DNA of 63,251 nucleotides, filler included, from Bigelowiella natans CCMP2755 (GCA_000320545.1; 9 parts of 9 records of this genome joined end to end with filler, not necessarily neighbours in it), one strand, 5' to 3'; positions 27,060 to 38,965 are shown, counted from the whole stretch's first letter. Notes: generated by a model from the sequence alone, not told the origin. Numbers and translations: made by a program.

Positions 27060-27210
27060 TACGCATGTCTGTCTTGTATAGCATCAACTGGGATCCGAAT
27101 CGCCATAAATGAATTACACTTTGGCCGTTAAACTGTGCCGAAGAGAGGGGCCCATCTCTATTACCAGCCGTGGTTGAAAGTTTCAATGTACTCACTATCT
27201 GCGTGCCCAT
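27060..27210 (-). CDS. Possible NHL-repeat protein exon fragment
   Basis: VSTL....AGNRDGPLSSAQFN resembles the NHL-repeat consensus (VSTLAG..G..DG....A.FN). Only one short exon, at a contig edge. Confidence 0.3.
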
Positions 27211-27211
27211 G

Positions 27212-27311
27212 NNNNNNNNNNNNNNNNNNNNNNNNNNNNNNNNNNNNNNNNNNNNTTAATTAATTAANNNNNNNNNNNNNNNNNNNNNNNNNNNNNNNNN
27301 NNNNNNNNNNN
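27212..27311. other. Artificial contig spacer
   Basis: N44-TTAATTAATTAA-N44. Confidence 0.97.
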
Positions 27312-28784
27312 CCCCCCCCGGCCCGTCCTCTCTCTTGTGAGCCTCTTCCAAGTTAAGGAAAGAGGGGTTTTATCGTATAGTTCGATCATTTTTTCAGGGA
27401 GAGTGTGAGTGCGTGTAAGTACGAGTTATGATGCGCGCGCGCCGTATCGTGGAATTGATTGATTGCAAACTCTGTCTGTTAATTTTGTGGTTGTTTCTAT
27501 CCCTTCTGCGGAGTACTCTGCCATTTTATAATAGTCTCACGTAGCATTGACAAACACCTCTCCCCCCGCCCCCCGTCCCCTCTCTTTCTCTCTCTCTCTC
27601 TCTCCCTCCCTCTCCCTCTTTCTCAAAGGTACACCCAGCACGAATCAACCGTGGACAACATCGATAACCCGCATGAATACGTCATCTATCAGGTGGGCGG
27701 TGCTGAGGCTGTTGTTGTTGTTGTTGTTGTGAGCATGGCGATGACGCGGTCTCCTTTGAGCCTAGTGTATTCGTTCGCCACGATTCAATTGGGGGCGTGC
27801 GAGGATTTTTGATGTGTCTGATTTGCATACATCATACGCGCCGCCGCCGCCGCCGCCGCTGCTGCTGCTGCTGCTGCTGCTAATGCTGCTTTGCTTTGTC
27901 CACACTAGGATGATCAGGCATATCCAGAATTCCTAATCACATTCTCGAGCTCGAATCAGCGAGGAGGCTTTGGCGGCTTCTTCTGATAGCTGATATGAGC
28001 GCGTTGTCACTGGTCCCCCGCTAGCCCGCATGCGGCGTGTTCCCGGTGCCGTGCACTACTGACTAGCGTAGTTGTTGCTCGGGTGATATGCTAAATGCAG
28101 CCATCATCTAGATCATTCATACCGTACTTAAAAAGCGCGTTGTTCGTGTGTGTGTGTAGCTAGCCATCCGCCCGGCATCTAATTAGCGTGTATATTGAGA
28201 TACACCCAGAGTTTTTGGCGTGCGCGCGAATGAACGGGCAGCAGCATGTGCATATGGTACACGCTCATTGCGCTTTGCTAGTTTGCAGTGCCACCTTCAT
28301 CTGTACATGTCAAAGTTAAGGTCTAGCTAGCTAGAGGTGCTTGCTGGCTAAGCTGTGCGAGTAGCGAACGCGTAGGCAAAATTCAAATGAAATCTAGAAA
28401 CTGCTCTACTAGCTAGCTATAGCTAGTGCTAGACTAATTTGACCCATTACAGAACGCTTAGCCTGCGCGCGGCGTCGCTAAGTCGGTCATTGCAGCCCGA
28501 ACGCAGCGGCCAGTTTCCTTTAGGAAAATGCGACCCATCTACTGTCAATCATGCACAGCGCATTTTGGCACGCCTGCTAGTGCTTGCTAGCTCCAATATA
28601 GTATTGCACATCGCACCTCGATGCGAGTCTACCACGTGCCAGGAAGCATATAATGTGTTATCAGTGCGCACACATCGAGCATGTGGACTAATAAGTACGA
28701 CATCTCTCACCACACTACAGCATGCTTGCCAACCCCACTTGTTGAACACCGGCGCGTGCGTGAGCGCTTATGCCAAATCTGCGA

Positions 28785-29404
28785 CTACAATCGGCTACAC
28801 CACCGAGAGCCTATTGCAACGCCTACCCCCGCCCCGCACAGCAGGAGGAGGGCGTTGAAAAGCGCTTGTGAATGGTACAGTGACGACTCGTCGTCGTCGC
28901 CGCTACCGCTGCTGCTGCTGCTGCTGATACTGCCCGGCATCGACGCAGGTCCGTCTTTAAGAGACGCTATGAAAGCTGTCCGCCCCGCCGTACCTGCAAG
29001 GAGTAGGATTGGGAAAGAGGAGGACACGAAAGTCAGGGGGAAATCTTTGTCGGTTCTCCGAAGTCCGGTACACCCAAATGTGACTGAAGGGGTGCATACC
29101 TGCCGCGACGAAGTGCGCTCGGTTGCTCTTGACAGAATCGCGCATGTGCCGTCTCCATGAAGTCTTGATGTTGATGAGGTCCACGACGTCCCCTGCGGAT
29201 AATTAAGGGGTTTTTCTATGAGGAGGGTTGGAATGGTGATAAGTAGGTTGCAGATGAAGTTATTGATATTGAGCTTAAGAATGATGATGCTGCTGATGTT
29301 GATGATGCTGATGATGATAACCGGTGTGAGTGTTTTGATGGTACTACTGAGATCTTTCTTCTTCCCTCGCGCCCCCCCTCTCCGTACCGGTGATCGATTG
29401 CAGC

Positions 29405-29483
<79 letters not shown>

Positions 29484-31402
29484 CGTGTGCGTGTGTGCGC
29501 CTTTACCGGGGAAGTATCCGTAGGTGTACAATGTTTGGTAGAGAGAAGCGATGCTTGCTCGCATGGCAGTCGAGCTCTTATTTTCGTCATGAATTAGGGG
29601 GGGGAGCATGTAGATGGAAGAGGAGGAGGAGGAGGAGGAGAGGGCCGTGCTACGAAGAGGCTGGGAGCTGTATCAATATGTGTATGTGTGTGTGTGTGTG
29701 TGTGTGCGTGTGTGTGTGTGTGTGAGTGTAAGAGTGTGTGTAAGTGTGCGTGTTTTAGATTTTGTACCATTTATGCAATACACACGCGCGCACGCGCATC
29801 CACCCACCCACCCACCCACTCCTCCCCACACACACTCACACGTATATATCAAAGACGTAAGCACTACATGCAATATTAACACAGATAGATATACTCATAC
29901 ACGTATACTCATCAATCCACGCACAGCGAATAGCAGCAGCAACCACAACCCTTTCTCCTCGCCGAAGATGACCCGCCCTTGGAAGGAGACCGGCACCACA
30001 TAATCCACATGCGCTTGTTTAAAGTTTCCGAGAAACCTCGCAGGGTCGGAGGCAAATTTTATCTGCAAGAGAGGCGGGGGAAGAGGAGCGAGGAAGAAAA
30101 AGAAAGAGAGAGAGAGGAGAGTGGGGGGGGGGAGAGAGAGGGAGAGAGAGAGAGAGAGAGGGGGGGGAACATGATCATCGCTATTATTGCCAAACTGAAA
30201 ATTTAAAATGACCATGACTATTATCATCATCATCATCATTACCAGCATTGACCCCTCCCCCTTTCTTTTTTCATCTACATCTCTATCGGACAACCCTATC
30301 GAGCTGCCTTCCTACGACAACCAAATCCGCGCTGCTGAAGAGGGTTTCGATATTATTCCAGCTCGGCATATAGGCGATCTGATCTGCTCCGAACACTGGA
30401 AAAGGGGGGGGAGGGGGGGGAGAGAGGAAGTAAAATTCGTCACTGATGCACATGTGCACAAAGAGCACATTCATACGGAGCATTGGTGAGAGGAAACACG
30501 CAACATGCTGCACGGACCTACTGCTACACGGAAACCCTTTTCGCTATACTCGGAACTGAACGCCTTTATCAAGCTCGCTTTTTTGTTGAAGAGAGGAGAA
30601 AGGGGGAGGGGGGGGGGGGAAGGGCCGGGAGGGAACTTTAAAAGAGACGCGAATAACAAGTAAGAGTGCAAAAGACAAACAAAAACATAAAGTGTAGTGG
30701 CTGCTACCAGTCGGAACGGTTTTCAAGTAGCCATTGGGGAGTTTTTTTTCCCAATACGCACTCTTTTGCAGCAGGCCTGGTCGATCGTGTTCATAAGGAA
30801 TTACCCTGCGCTCCACGCCCTTCTGCACGGGAAGGACAACGCACGCACATCGTCAGCACGCAGCTCGATACAAACACGACGAACAGGGCCACAAGGAGCA
30901 GATGGGGCGAAAGGCATTGGGATGGGGAACGATAGAAAACGCAACGCACCATGAGGTTTCTCTCGCTACTCGGATGCTTCAGAATCTTGGAGAGCAATTC
31001 CACTCGCTTTGCCATTGGAACGAACATGGTGTTCTCGTCGTCATTTGGCCGTTCTGTCGACTTGCGATCCGATGGCGCCCCATTGGACTCCCCTCCCCCC
31101 CCTCGCTGTGACTTTCCAGCACCAAGATTCTCGCCTCCGCTTTGGGCGCTGGTTTTCATCCAGATCTTGTTTATTACGTAATTATCATGAACCGGGCAAT
31201 AGGCGACCATTCTGAAGATAATTCATGCGTGTGAGCCGGGGGGGGGGGAGGGTGGAGAGGGGAGGGGGAAGATCGACCTGACTTTATGCCCGCGCTCTAT
31301 GAGGCATTGTGCGGCGTGGGCGCCGATTTCCGCATGGCCGATGTGAGGAGGATTAAAGGTCCCGGAGACTAGCAGAACGATCTCACGGCCGCCGGACGCC
31401 AT
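28785..31402 (-). CDS. NMNAT: Nicotinamide/nicotinate mononucleotide adenylyltransferase (NMNAT/NadD family), multi-exon, with a hydrophobic C-terminal tail
   Basis: Exon 1 (not in the ORF track) MASGGREIVLLVSGTFNPPHIGH; then YCPVHDNY, GADQIAYMPSWNNIETLFSSADLVVVGR, KSSTAMR, YFP|GDVVDLI. Confidence 0.88.
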
Positions 31403-31589
31403 CGCGGCAGGATTCGATTCTCGATTCTCGGGAAATTAGACGTTGTTTCATGCCTGCGACAACGAAATTTAAAGTAATTTTATTGTCGCAGAGATAAAAA
31501 CCACGGCATTTTCTTAAGAATTTGCTGCCAAAAAAAGCCTCTCTCTACCCCCAACCAGCCTCAAAACCCAACAGCGCCTCTCTCCACAA

Positions 31590-33089
31590 TGGCGGCGGTT
31601 TGTTCGACCCAATTGCGAAATTCTGATGGCCGAAATTGAAGATTAATATCCCCTCCCACCCCCTATTTGTCGCCCTTTATCCAGCGAGAGGGATGCTGCT
31701 CGAAACTGTGCAGTTTTCTCACGTGTGAAGGCCCCGGACCGCATGAGATTTACCGCGACAGGGCTCTTGAAGGTCGGGGGTGTCCGGGGGTTGGGTTTGA
31801 GTACGCTTCGACTGAATCCTCTATGCCCCCCTTCCCGCTATTGTTATCGTAGGCGATGGCAGGACCACGTTGTAAGCATATTTTTTGATAAAAGGGATAA
31901 AACGCAATCGGAGAAAAATCGCAACCGAGTTGCAATAAATGGCGAAACACAAAACCATTCAATTGCAATGTGCCTCGTGCCACCCCCTCCCCCACCCCCT
32001 CCCTCACCCAATCCCTGTTTTCCTTTCGAACAGTGGCGGCGAGCCCCCCTGGAAACGGAAACTCAAGTATCTCGACGTAAGCAAGATGTTTGGACGTGTA
32101 GATCAACAAGAGAAAAACGACATCACGTCCTTACCCATCCCCCCCTCCCCCCCCTGAAAATTAGAGAGATGCTTGCGCTCATTCCCACAGGTGCTTACCG
32201 CCTACCGACCATTCGATATCATCGATTTCTACTTTCAACCACACAGTACAGGTGGATCTTACGTGCTTAATCATCGAGAATTTGCCAATCATCACCATCT
32301 CAGTATTTCGGATATTTCTTATCATCAAATATTTGCGCGGCTAATCGCCTTACTCGCTAACTATAAGGAGTGTCGTTGGCCTACCTCGTCTTCTGCTTTC
32401 TGGTCGCGCCAATCTTGCTACTGCTACTGGCAATCACGCACACGCGCGCACGCACAGCGCACAATTGCACAATGCACAATTGGACAATGTACGAAGGCAT
32501 TGTCACTTGAAAAGGAATCTAGACAATACCGTGTTGTATATTATAGTGCTTGATTCAAGATACGCGTAAAAACCCCTCTTGATTCGTCACGTTAAGCCGC
32601 CCAACCACCGCAGGTGCTGCTAGTTTATTCGATCGATGTGGGGGTGCGCGACAACAGCCAATTTTACCTGGTTAAGCTAGGAACAACGGTGAGGAGAAAC
32701 GAATGAATGAATGCCGTAGATCATGCAAATTTTTTCCCCCCAAAAAAAAAGAAAGAAAACAGTTGAGAGCGACGCGCTCGCTTGGATGTTTCCTCCGGCG
32801 AGTGAGATCTGGGCCTATCTCTAGAGGCGTGCGATCTAGCAGCAGCAACCAATACTTCTTTCAACTTTTGTTTGCGGTGGTATCGTCGCTCGGAGATTCG
32901 AGTCATTGAGTTTATATGCAGCTGTTATCTCATTGTCTTCCCCCCTCCCCCCCCCCCTCGCCTACTCCACTCCGTATTGACATCTATGTATTCCATATTT
33001 ATCGCCCCACTACACGTTATTAGAGCAACGACATCCCTTTGCCAGGGCCATCGGGTTAGATTGATTTCCCGAATACACACACAAACACA

Positions 33090-33129
<40 letters not shown>

Positions 33130-33524
33130 CACGCGCGCTTGCTTGCTTGCTTGCTTGCAAACACACAAATATATTTCGCAAAACAATATAGGTGTGAGAG
33201 AACGAAGTCGAATTCAACCCCCCCCCCCCCTGTCTCCCCCCCCTTCCCCAATAAAGGAATTGGGTTCTCAAATGCGCACGGCGAGTTCCAAGATCTATCG
33301 TCGTTAGGCCTCGAGGTTCAATGGTTTGTCCAGCAACGGTAGTGGCCTCCTCGCTATCATTACATCGATGCCACTCACCAAAAACCAGATTCTTGAATTT
33401 CAATGCCTCGTTCGTCCTTGTGGTCGCTTTGCTTCGAGCAAAGATGGGCTTTTGCAGCACGTTTATCTGTTATTCGCATGTTACCTTTGGGAGGATGCTT
33501 GGCGCTATAAGAGTCGTAGTAGCG

Positions 33525-33555
<31 letters not shown>

Positions 33556-33713
33556 ATGTTAGCAAGCGAGAGGTACAAGGTGATGCGGCCTTCATCAACA
33601 CAACGGCTCAGCAGCTGCCAGAGTGAGACTCACCAATCACACAGATGGAAAAACGTGATATCGTATAACATAATGACCCTTTAATCACTGAAAACTACTT
33701 CTATGAGCACACT

Positions 33714-33766
<53 letters not shown>

Positions 33767-33900
33767 TCTTCACCTGCTATGACCTATATATTTGGGAAGG
33801 GGGGGTGGGGGATTGGCCACTTCTGTTTCTTCCTCGTCTTCTTTCTTTGCAGCGAACATGGCAATAGCATCCATAGTAAAGTGTATCTAACCCGCAGATC
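31590..33900 (+). CDS. Hypothetical multi-exon membrane protein, ends uncertain
   Basis: Short GT/AG exons, e.g. GGEPPWKRKLKYLD|VLTAYRPFDIIDFYFQPH, hydrophobic VSLAYLVFCFLVAPILLLL, GIGFSNAHGEFQDLSSLGLEVQWFVQQR|KREVQGDAAFINTTAQQLPE. Confidence 0.4.
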
Positions 33901-34301
33901 TCGCAACTGCTTTTCACTGTTTTCATGCCCCGAAGGAGTAATCGAATCAAAGGAGTGGAAAGGGGGGAGGGGGGGGGTGAGAGTAGATGGGATAGATGGT
34001 AAAATCATCGTTTATTTGATGGAAATATAATAATTATAGAGAGAAGATAATGGTCTTGGTGTGAATCCCCTCCCCCCCCCTCCAACCGCCCATGTCTGTT
34101 TTGTGTTTCAATCACGGATCTAACTTCTAGATAATCGAGTGGGTCTATAAAGCCACGATTAGTGAGATGAACAGTCCGCTACAGTATTCGCCCAAGTCGT
34201 GATCACATACGAAGATCATGACTCCCGTGATGTAGGGCTTCGCCGGTACGAACTTAACGTAAAAAATCTTGAAAACTCTCCCTGTTAATAGATTGGATTC
34301 C

Positions 34302-34401
34302 NNNNNNNNNNNNNNNNNNNNNNNNNNNNNNNNNNNNNNNNNNNNTTAATTAATTAANNNNNNNNNNNNNNNNNNNNNNNNNNNNNNNNNNNNNNNNNNN
34401 N
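34302..34401. other. Artificial contig spacer
   Basis: N44-TTAATTAATTAA-N44. Confidence 0.97.
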
Positions 34402-34442
34402 CGTTCAGTAGTCAGAACTACAGGGCATACACACATGATGGG

Positions 34443-36785
34443 ATGGCGTCTGTGTTGTGGGTGTTTGTGTTTGTGTATGTGGATGATGACATAATATGTA
34501 CCAACACAGTCGTCGCTCAGATCTTCCTCCTGGAAAATATATTTATTAGGTTTGCACACTTCGGTTTTACTATTAGACTGCAGAAGTGTACATTCCTAGC
34601 TACAAGAATCAAGTGGTGTGGATATTACCTGGAGCAAGGCCGCATCACCCCAAACCCCGAGAAAGTAGCAGCACTACAGCAAGCCCCTAAACCTAAGAAT
34701 GCAAAGGAGTTAAAGTCATTCTTGCAGACTGCAGCTTGGATACTACGTAGGTTCTCCCCTACCTACGCTAGGACTGCAGCTGCTTTTACTACTGCTTACC
34801 GGAAGGAGAACTCTGTAGGCCTCAGCTTCGCTAAGGTGTGGGCCAAGGCTGGCCTTGATGCCCACTTCGATAACCTAATAAAGTTATGCAGCAACACCCT
34901 ATTGAATGCTAAGCTAGACACTACTAGACCAGCTACCCTATGGACAGACTGGTCTAAGCTAGGTATGGCTGCTGTACTTACCCAAGACCAGCAGATCATA
35001 CGGGTGTGGGGCAGGGCCTGCACAGCAGCTGAGGCCAAGTACAGCCCTACAAAAGGAGAGTATAAAGCCATGACTGAGGCGCAGAGGAAACTAAGATACT
35101 ACCTGCTGTCGGTGCCCAGCTTCACCTTAATGACTGACCACAAGCCCCTCCTAGGCATCGACCGCAAGCTCGAAGCGCCTAACGATGAGTATGCAGCTAT
35201 GAGGGCGGACACGGAAGAGTTTAGGGACAAGAGGACAGTGGTCTACGCACCAGGAGACAAGCAGCTTGCTGACTATTTCAGCAGGCTGTTCGAAAAGAAA
35301 GTCCCTACCCAGGTCACCCCTATGGTTAACGCGATTACCTTCGAGGACGGCGACTTCCTGCCTGAGCCAGAGGAGCTCCAGCACCTTCAAGAACACCTGG
35401 ATAAATACAAACACAAGCATGAGGTACTTAGTGATAGGATATATGTATACACTAATAATGTTAGGCGTACCTACGTGCCACGGCGGACCAGGGGAGCCCT
35501 TCTCTTTACCGCCCATGGACCTGCACACGTAGGAGAAAACCATATCACTGCTCTACTCTACCATTACTACTGGCCCTACAAGCTAAAAGAGATAAGGACA
35601 TACCTGCGTGGCTGCAGGTGCTCCAGCTTGAAGGCGGCAGGCGTCGCCACCAAGGAGTCCAGCAAGAGCCGTGCATCTAAGAAAATCAAAGCAAGGAACT
35701 TCTTAGATATCGTGCAAATTGATGTTTATAAGTACGATGGCTATCACTACCTTACCTTCGTTGATGTGGCCACTGGAAAGTGCTGGGTTAAAAAGATTAT
35801 CAAGGTCAACGTTGCTAAGAAGAACAAAGGCTTATATAAGCAGAGGCTTACTAACTGCTACCGTACCTGGGAGTCTGAGCTCCAGGCTATCCCTGATGAA
35901 GTTAGCATAAACAAGATACCAAAGAAGTTACATGTGGATAATGAGACCTCTCTTCTACAGCTACCACACCCTAATATTGATGCCTCACCTGTATACTATG
36001 CCCAGTCCAACTCCAAGGTAGAGCGACTCCACCGCACCTTGGCCAACCTAAGCAGGATAAATAGCACCACACCAGACAAGATACAAGGGTTAGTAAACGA
36101 CACCTTCACGTCTGGGGGAGGTATCAAGGATAAGGAGAGGGAAGAAGGCGACGACAACGACGACGATACCGAGAGCGAAGACGAGAAGGTCCCGTACGAT
36201 GGCCGAGTTCTAAAGGAAGGACAGTATGTTAGGGCCAAGGTAAATCTGAGATCGAGAAATAAACAAGACCCCTTCTGGGGTGGCGTTGCAAAGGTTACCG
36301 AGAGGAAGGGGAGGAAGCAGTACTACATCTATGATGGGAACAGGGTCACCTTGCGCCACATCAGTCACCTAAAGAATTATGATATCGGTGAGAAGCTCCT
36401 AGAGGATGTTAAAGTAAACCCTACTGTGTGGGAGCGAGCAATGCCTTGTTTAGGACCCCGACCTAAGTTCGATGTGGAATATGGAAACAATAAGGTCAGG
36501 GTGAACGACGATTGGCGCATGAAGATTGTCTATCTAGGCTACCCTGGATTACGAAATATGGAGAGGGTAGCTATGAAAATAAAGGACGGAAAATATCAGC
36601 TACTCTACCTAGCTGTTCCCGACTTACCCTTTGAGCACTGGTATAAGGTCCTGGGGGACCTTGATGCAGAGGGCTGGTATGGACACGAACCTAAGGACGA
36701 AGGTGAGTTCTGGGTAAGCGACAAAGGAGATAAGGTTAGAGAGGAATCTATTACCTGGTGGTTGGTGAAGTTCCGAAAGCGATGA
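34443..36785 (+). CDS. pol: Retrotransposon Pol polyprotein (partial): RT, RNase H, integrase, SH3-like module, degenerate N6-adenine-MTase-like C-terminus
   Basis: RT YVDD and LQKCTF; RNase H TDWS...KYSPTKGE...TDHKPL...LADYFSR; integrase AHGPAH...CRC, QIDV, HVDNE, SNSKVERLHRTL. Confidence 0.92.
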   Translation: MASVLWVFVFVYVDDDIICTNTVVAQIFLLENIFIRFAHFGFTIRLQKCTFLATRIKWCGYYLEQGRITPNPEKVAALQQAPKPKNAKELKSFLQTAAWILRRFSPTYARTAAAFTTAYRKENSVGLSFAKVWAKAGLDAHFDNLIKLCSNTLLNAKLDTTRPATLWTDWSKLGMAAVLTQDQQIIRVWGRACTAAEAKYSPTKGEYKAMTEAQRKLRYYLLSVPSFTLMTDHKPLLGIDRKLEAPNDEYAAMRADTEEFRDKRTVVYAPGDKQLADYFSRLFEKKVPTQVTPMVNAITFEDGDFLPEPEELQHLQEHLDKYKHKHEVLSDRIYVYTNNVRRTYVPRRTRGALLFTAHGPAHVGENHITALLYHYYWPYKLKEIRTYLRGCRCSSLKAAGVATKESSKSRASKKIKARNFLDIVQIDVYKYDGYHYLTFVDVATGKCWVKKIIKVNVAKKNKGLYKQRLTNCYRTWESELQAIPDEVSINKIPKKLHVDNETSLLQLPHPNIDASPVYYAQSNSKVERLHRTLANLSRINSTTPDKIQGLVNDTFTSGGGIKDKEREEGDDNDDDTESEDEKVPYDGRVLKEGQYVRAKVNLRSRNKQDPFWGGVAKVTERKGRKQYYIYDGNRVTLRHISHLKNYDIGEKLLEDVKVNPTVWERAMPCLGPRPKFDVEYGNNKVRVNDDWRMKIVYLGYPGLRNMERVAMKIKDGKYQLLYLAVPDLPFEHWYKVLGDLDAEGWYGHEPKDEGEFWVSDKGDKVREESITWWLVKFRKR

Positions 36786-36836
36786 AGGTCTAAGGGAATA
36801 AGGAAGGAAGGAAGGAGCAACGTGACTTGGGGGAGG

Positions 36837-37162
36837 TGTAGCGCGTACCACTACGCGGGCACAAGTCACGTGCGACAACAAAGGGGTTGTCGCGGATATA
36901 GAATATAGATAACGTAGATATTAATACAGCATAGGCACGTGGGTTCCGGCGGGACTCATGGCAGCACACCGGAAGTGTGCTGCCCCACGTGCGGCGGCAT
37001 TCGCGAAAGCTTCGCGAATGATTACGCAGTGCACGATTTAATAAAAATATAATCTTTAATAAAAATAAACACAACTCTTCAAAAGGAAGCAAACGTGCCT
37101 TTCCCCCCCCCTGCCTACTTGTGCACGTAGCGCCTCGGCCTGTGAACACCTTACGCGCAACA
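36837..37162 (+). repeat. 3' LTR (about 326 bp), immediately preceded by a polypurine tract GGGGGAGG (36829-36836)
   Basis: Starts TGTAGCGCGTA and ends TACGCGCAACA (11-bp terminal inverted repeat, 1 mismatch); contains AATAAA motifs. Confidence 0.8.
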
Positions 37163-37189
37163 GTTGCAAGGTCACACTTTCTTCCTCTG

Positions 37190-37443
37190 TGGACCACCGA
37201 AGACACAAGAACTGGGATTCATGAAGCCCGGGTGCTCGAGAAGTGATCCCGGGCGGGGCTCAGTCAATCTGTCCGGAGTGTCCGAAGGTGTCCGGAGGTC
37301 GTTGGAGTGTCTCCAGAGAGTGTCCGGAGGTGTGCATCCTGAGAGTCTCCGGATATTTGTCCGGAGGTGTGCATCCGGAGAACGGGATTACCTCTCGAGC
37401 ACCCGGGCTTTACAAATCCCAGTTTCATGTCTTCGGTGGTCCA
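37190..37443. mobile_element. MITE-like foldback element with about 61-bp terminal inverted repeats and internal GTGTCCGGAG repeats
   Basis: 37190-37251 (tggaccaccgaagaca...gatcccg) is the reverse complement of 37383-37443 with a few mismatches; no coding capacity. Confidence 0.8.
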
Positions 37444-37943
37444 TGTACTGAATTCAAACATTTGAAATGTTTGAATTTGTAATCATTTGAATTCCTTGTC
37501 ATATTTCAAAAACCATGCCCCCAGCTGCCTCACCCCTTGTGCTGCTTCTGGCACTCTGGCACCCAGCCAGGGCAGTGAACCTCGAGGCAGATGCAAACGT
37601 CGACTATCTTCATCAGCTCACGTAATCTACAAAATTGAAATTTTACACAAATACATAGCATTGCACGCCAAGACTCGATGAAGAAAAATTGAGTTGGAAT
37701 TGTCAGGCGAGTTTGTATATCTGATCCCAAGTAATAACAACTCACGTCAGGGAACCAGATGCTACTGCTATCTTACATAGTAGCCAAAGAAGTGTACGAT
37801 CAACTTTGCGGGGCAATGGTCGCTACCATCAGCATCGCAACTCTACAGCAGTTGTAGTCGGTGGTTTGGCTGGTCTTGACAAGGGCGCAACATCGACCTA
37901 TTCTATGTGTTTTTACTTCAAGTTTCCAATTGCAGGTTACACC

Positions 37944-37988
<45 letters not shown>

Positions 37989-38099
37989 ACTCACTCCCCC
38001 CCCTCCCCCCCTTTTCCCAACCCCGCCTCCCCCTCTCGCATTCATTCACTGGAGTGCTTTGCCTTCACGCTAGGCCCTTTATATGCTTCTGCTGCCTTC

Positions 38100-38965
38100 G
38101 GGGCCAAGTTTGAGATGACATCGTACTGGGAGCATACTGAACTGGATACTAAGAAGTAGTAGCAGATTATACATGGATTATGCTACTTTAATAACCATAG
38201 CATACACGTTCGACTTAGTTGTTTACATTTGGCTTCCTAGTACTTCTTCTTCTTCTTCTTCTCCCCTAGCCCTGCCCCCCCCGCTCTCTCTCCTGACGTG
38301 ATGTATGGACGTCCAGAACTGTGGTTTCTGTTTCGGCATTTGGCGGAGGCGGATTGGGAGTTGATTTCCTAGTAAGTTATGTGTACCACTCAATGTGTAC
38401 AAATATTATATATATATATATATATATATTTATTTATTTATGTGTGTGTGTGTGTATAAATATGTGTATTTAAACATATCAGATTGGTGGAATCTCTCTT
38501 TCTGTGAGCGTAACGTTTACAGCGGAAATGATCAAGGCAGATGATCCGAGACCTCAGGATACGATGCAATTTCTCTTCAAAAAGATGATGTAATTGCACA
38601 TGGCAACACAGGCATAATTACATATGATCGATCATGTATATGATGTAGTCGTACATGGCAACACAGGCATGATTACATATGGTCAATCATGTATATACAT
38701 AAATAATGTATATATGTGTAAATTATTTTTATTTGTATGATTTTTATTTACATCTAGATACGACAAGCTGGAGAAGCTCAGAGTTGTCAAAAAAACAGTG
38801 GCCGGCGCAAGCAAGATGACACCAAAAGATCTTGCCAGTCTCGATACAAAATTGGCGAAGTAACTCTCTCTCTCTCTCTCTCTCTCTTCTCCTCTTATTC
38901 TCTTTATCTATCTAGCTATATATTTCCCCCTGTATCTGTTAAATCTACATAATATGTTCATAATT

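Larger units (their letters stand above)
34402..37162 (+). mobile_element. Ty3/Gypsy-type LTR retrotransposon, 3' half (5' part lost at the contig end)
   Basis: Domain order RT-RNaseH-integrase in one intronless ORF, followed by a purine tract and a TG...CA LTR. Confidence 0.92.

Noticed and set aside
37270-37380. Short repeats GTGTCCGGAG resembling a CRISPR or iteron array
   Set aside because: Irregular 10-bp units without unique spacers, inside a eukaryotic MITE, and no cas genes.
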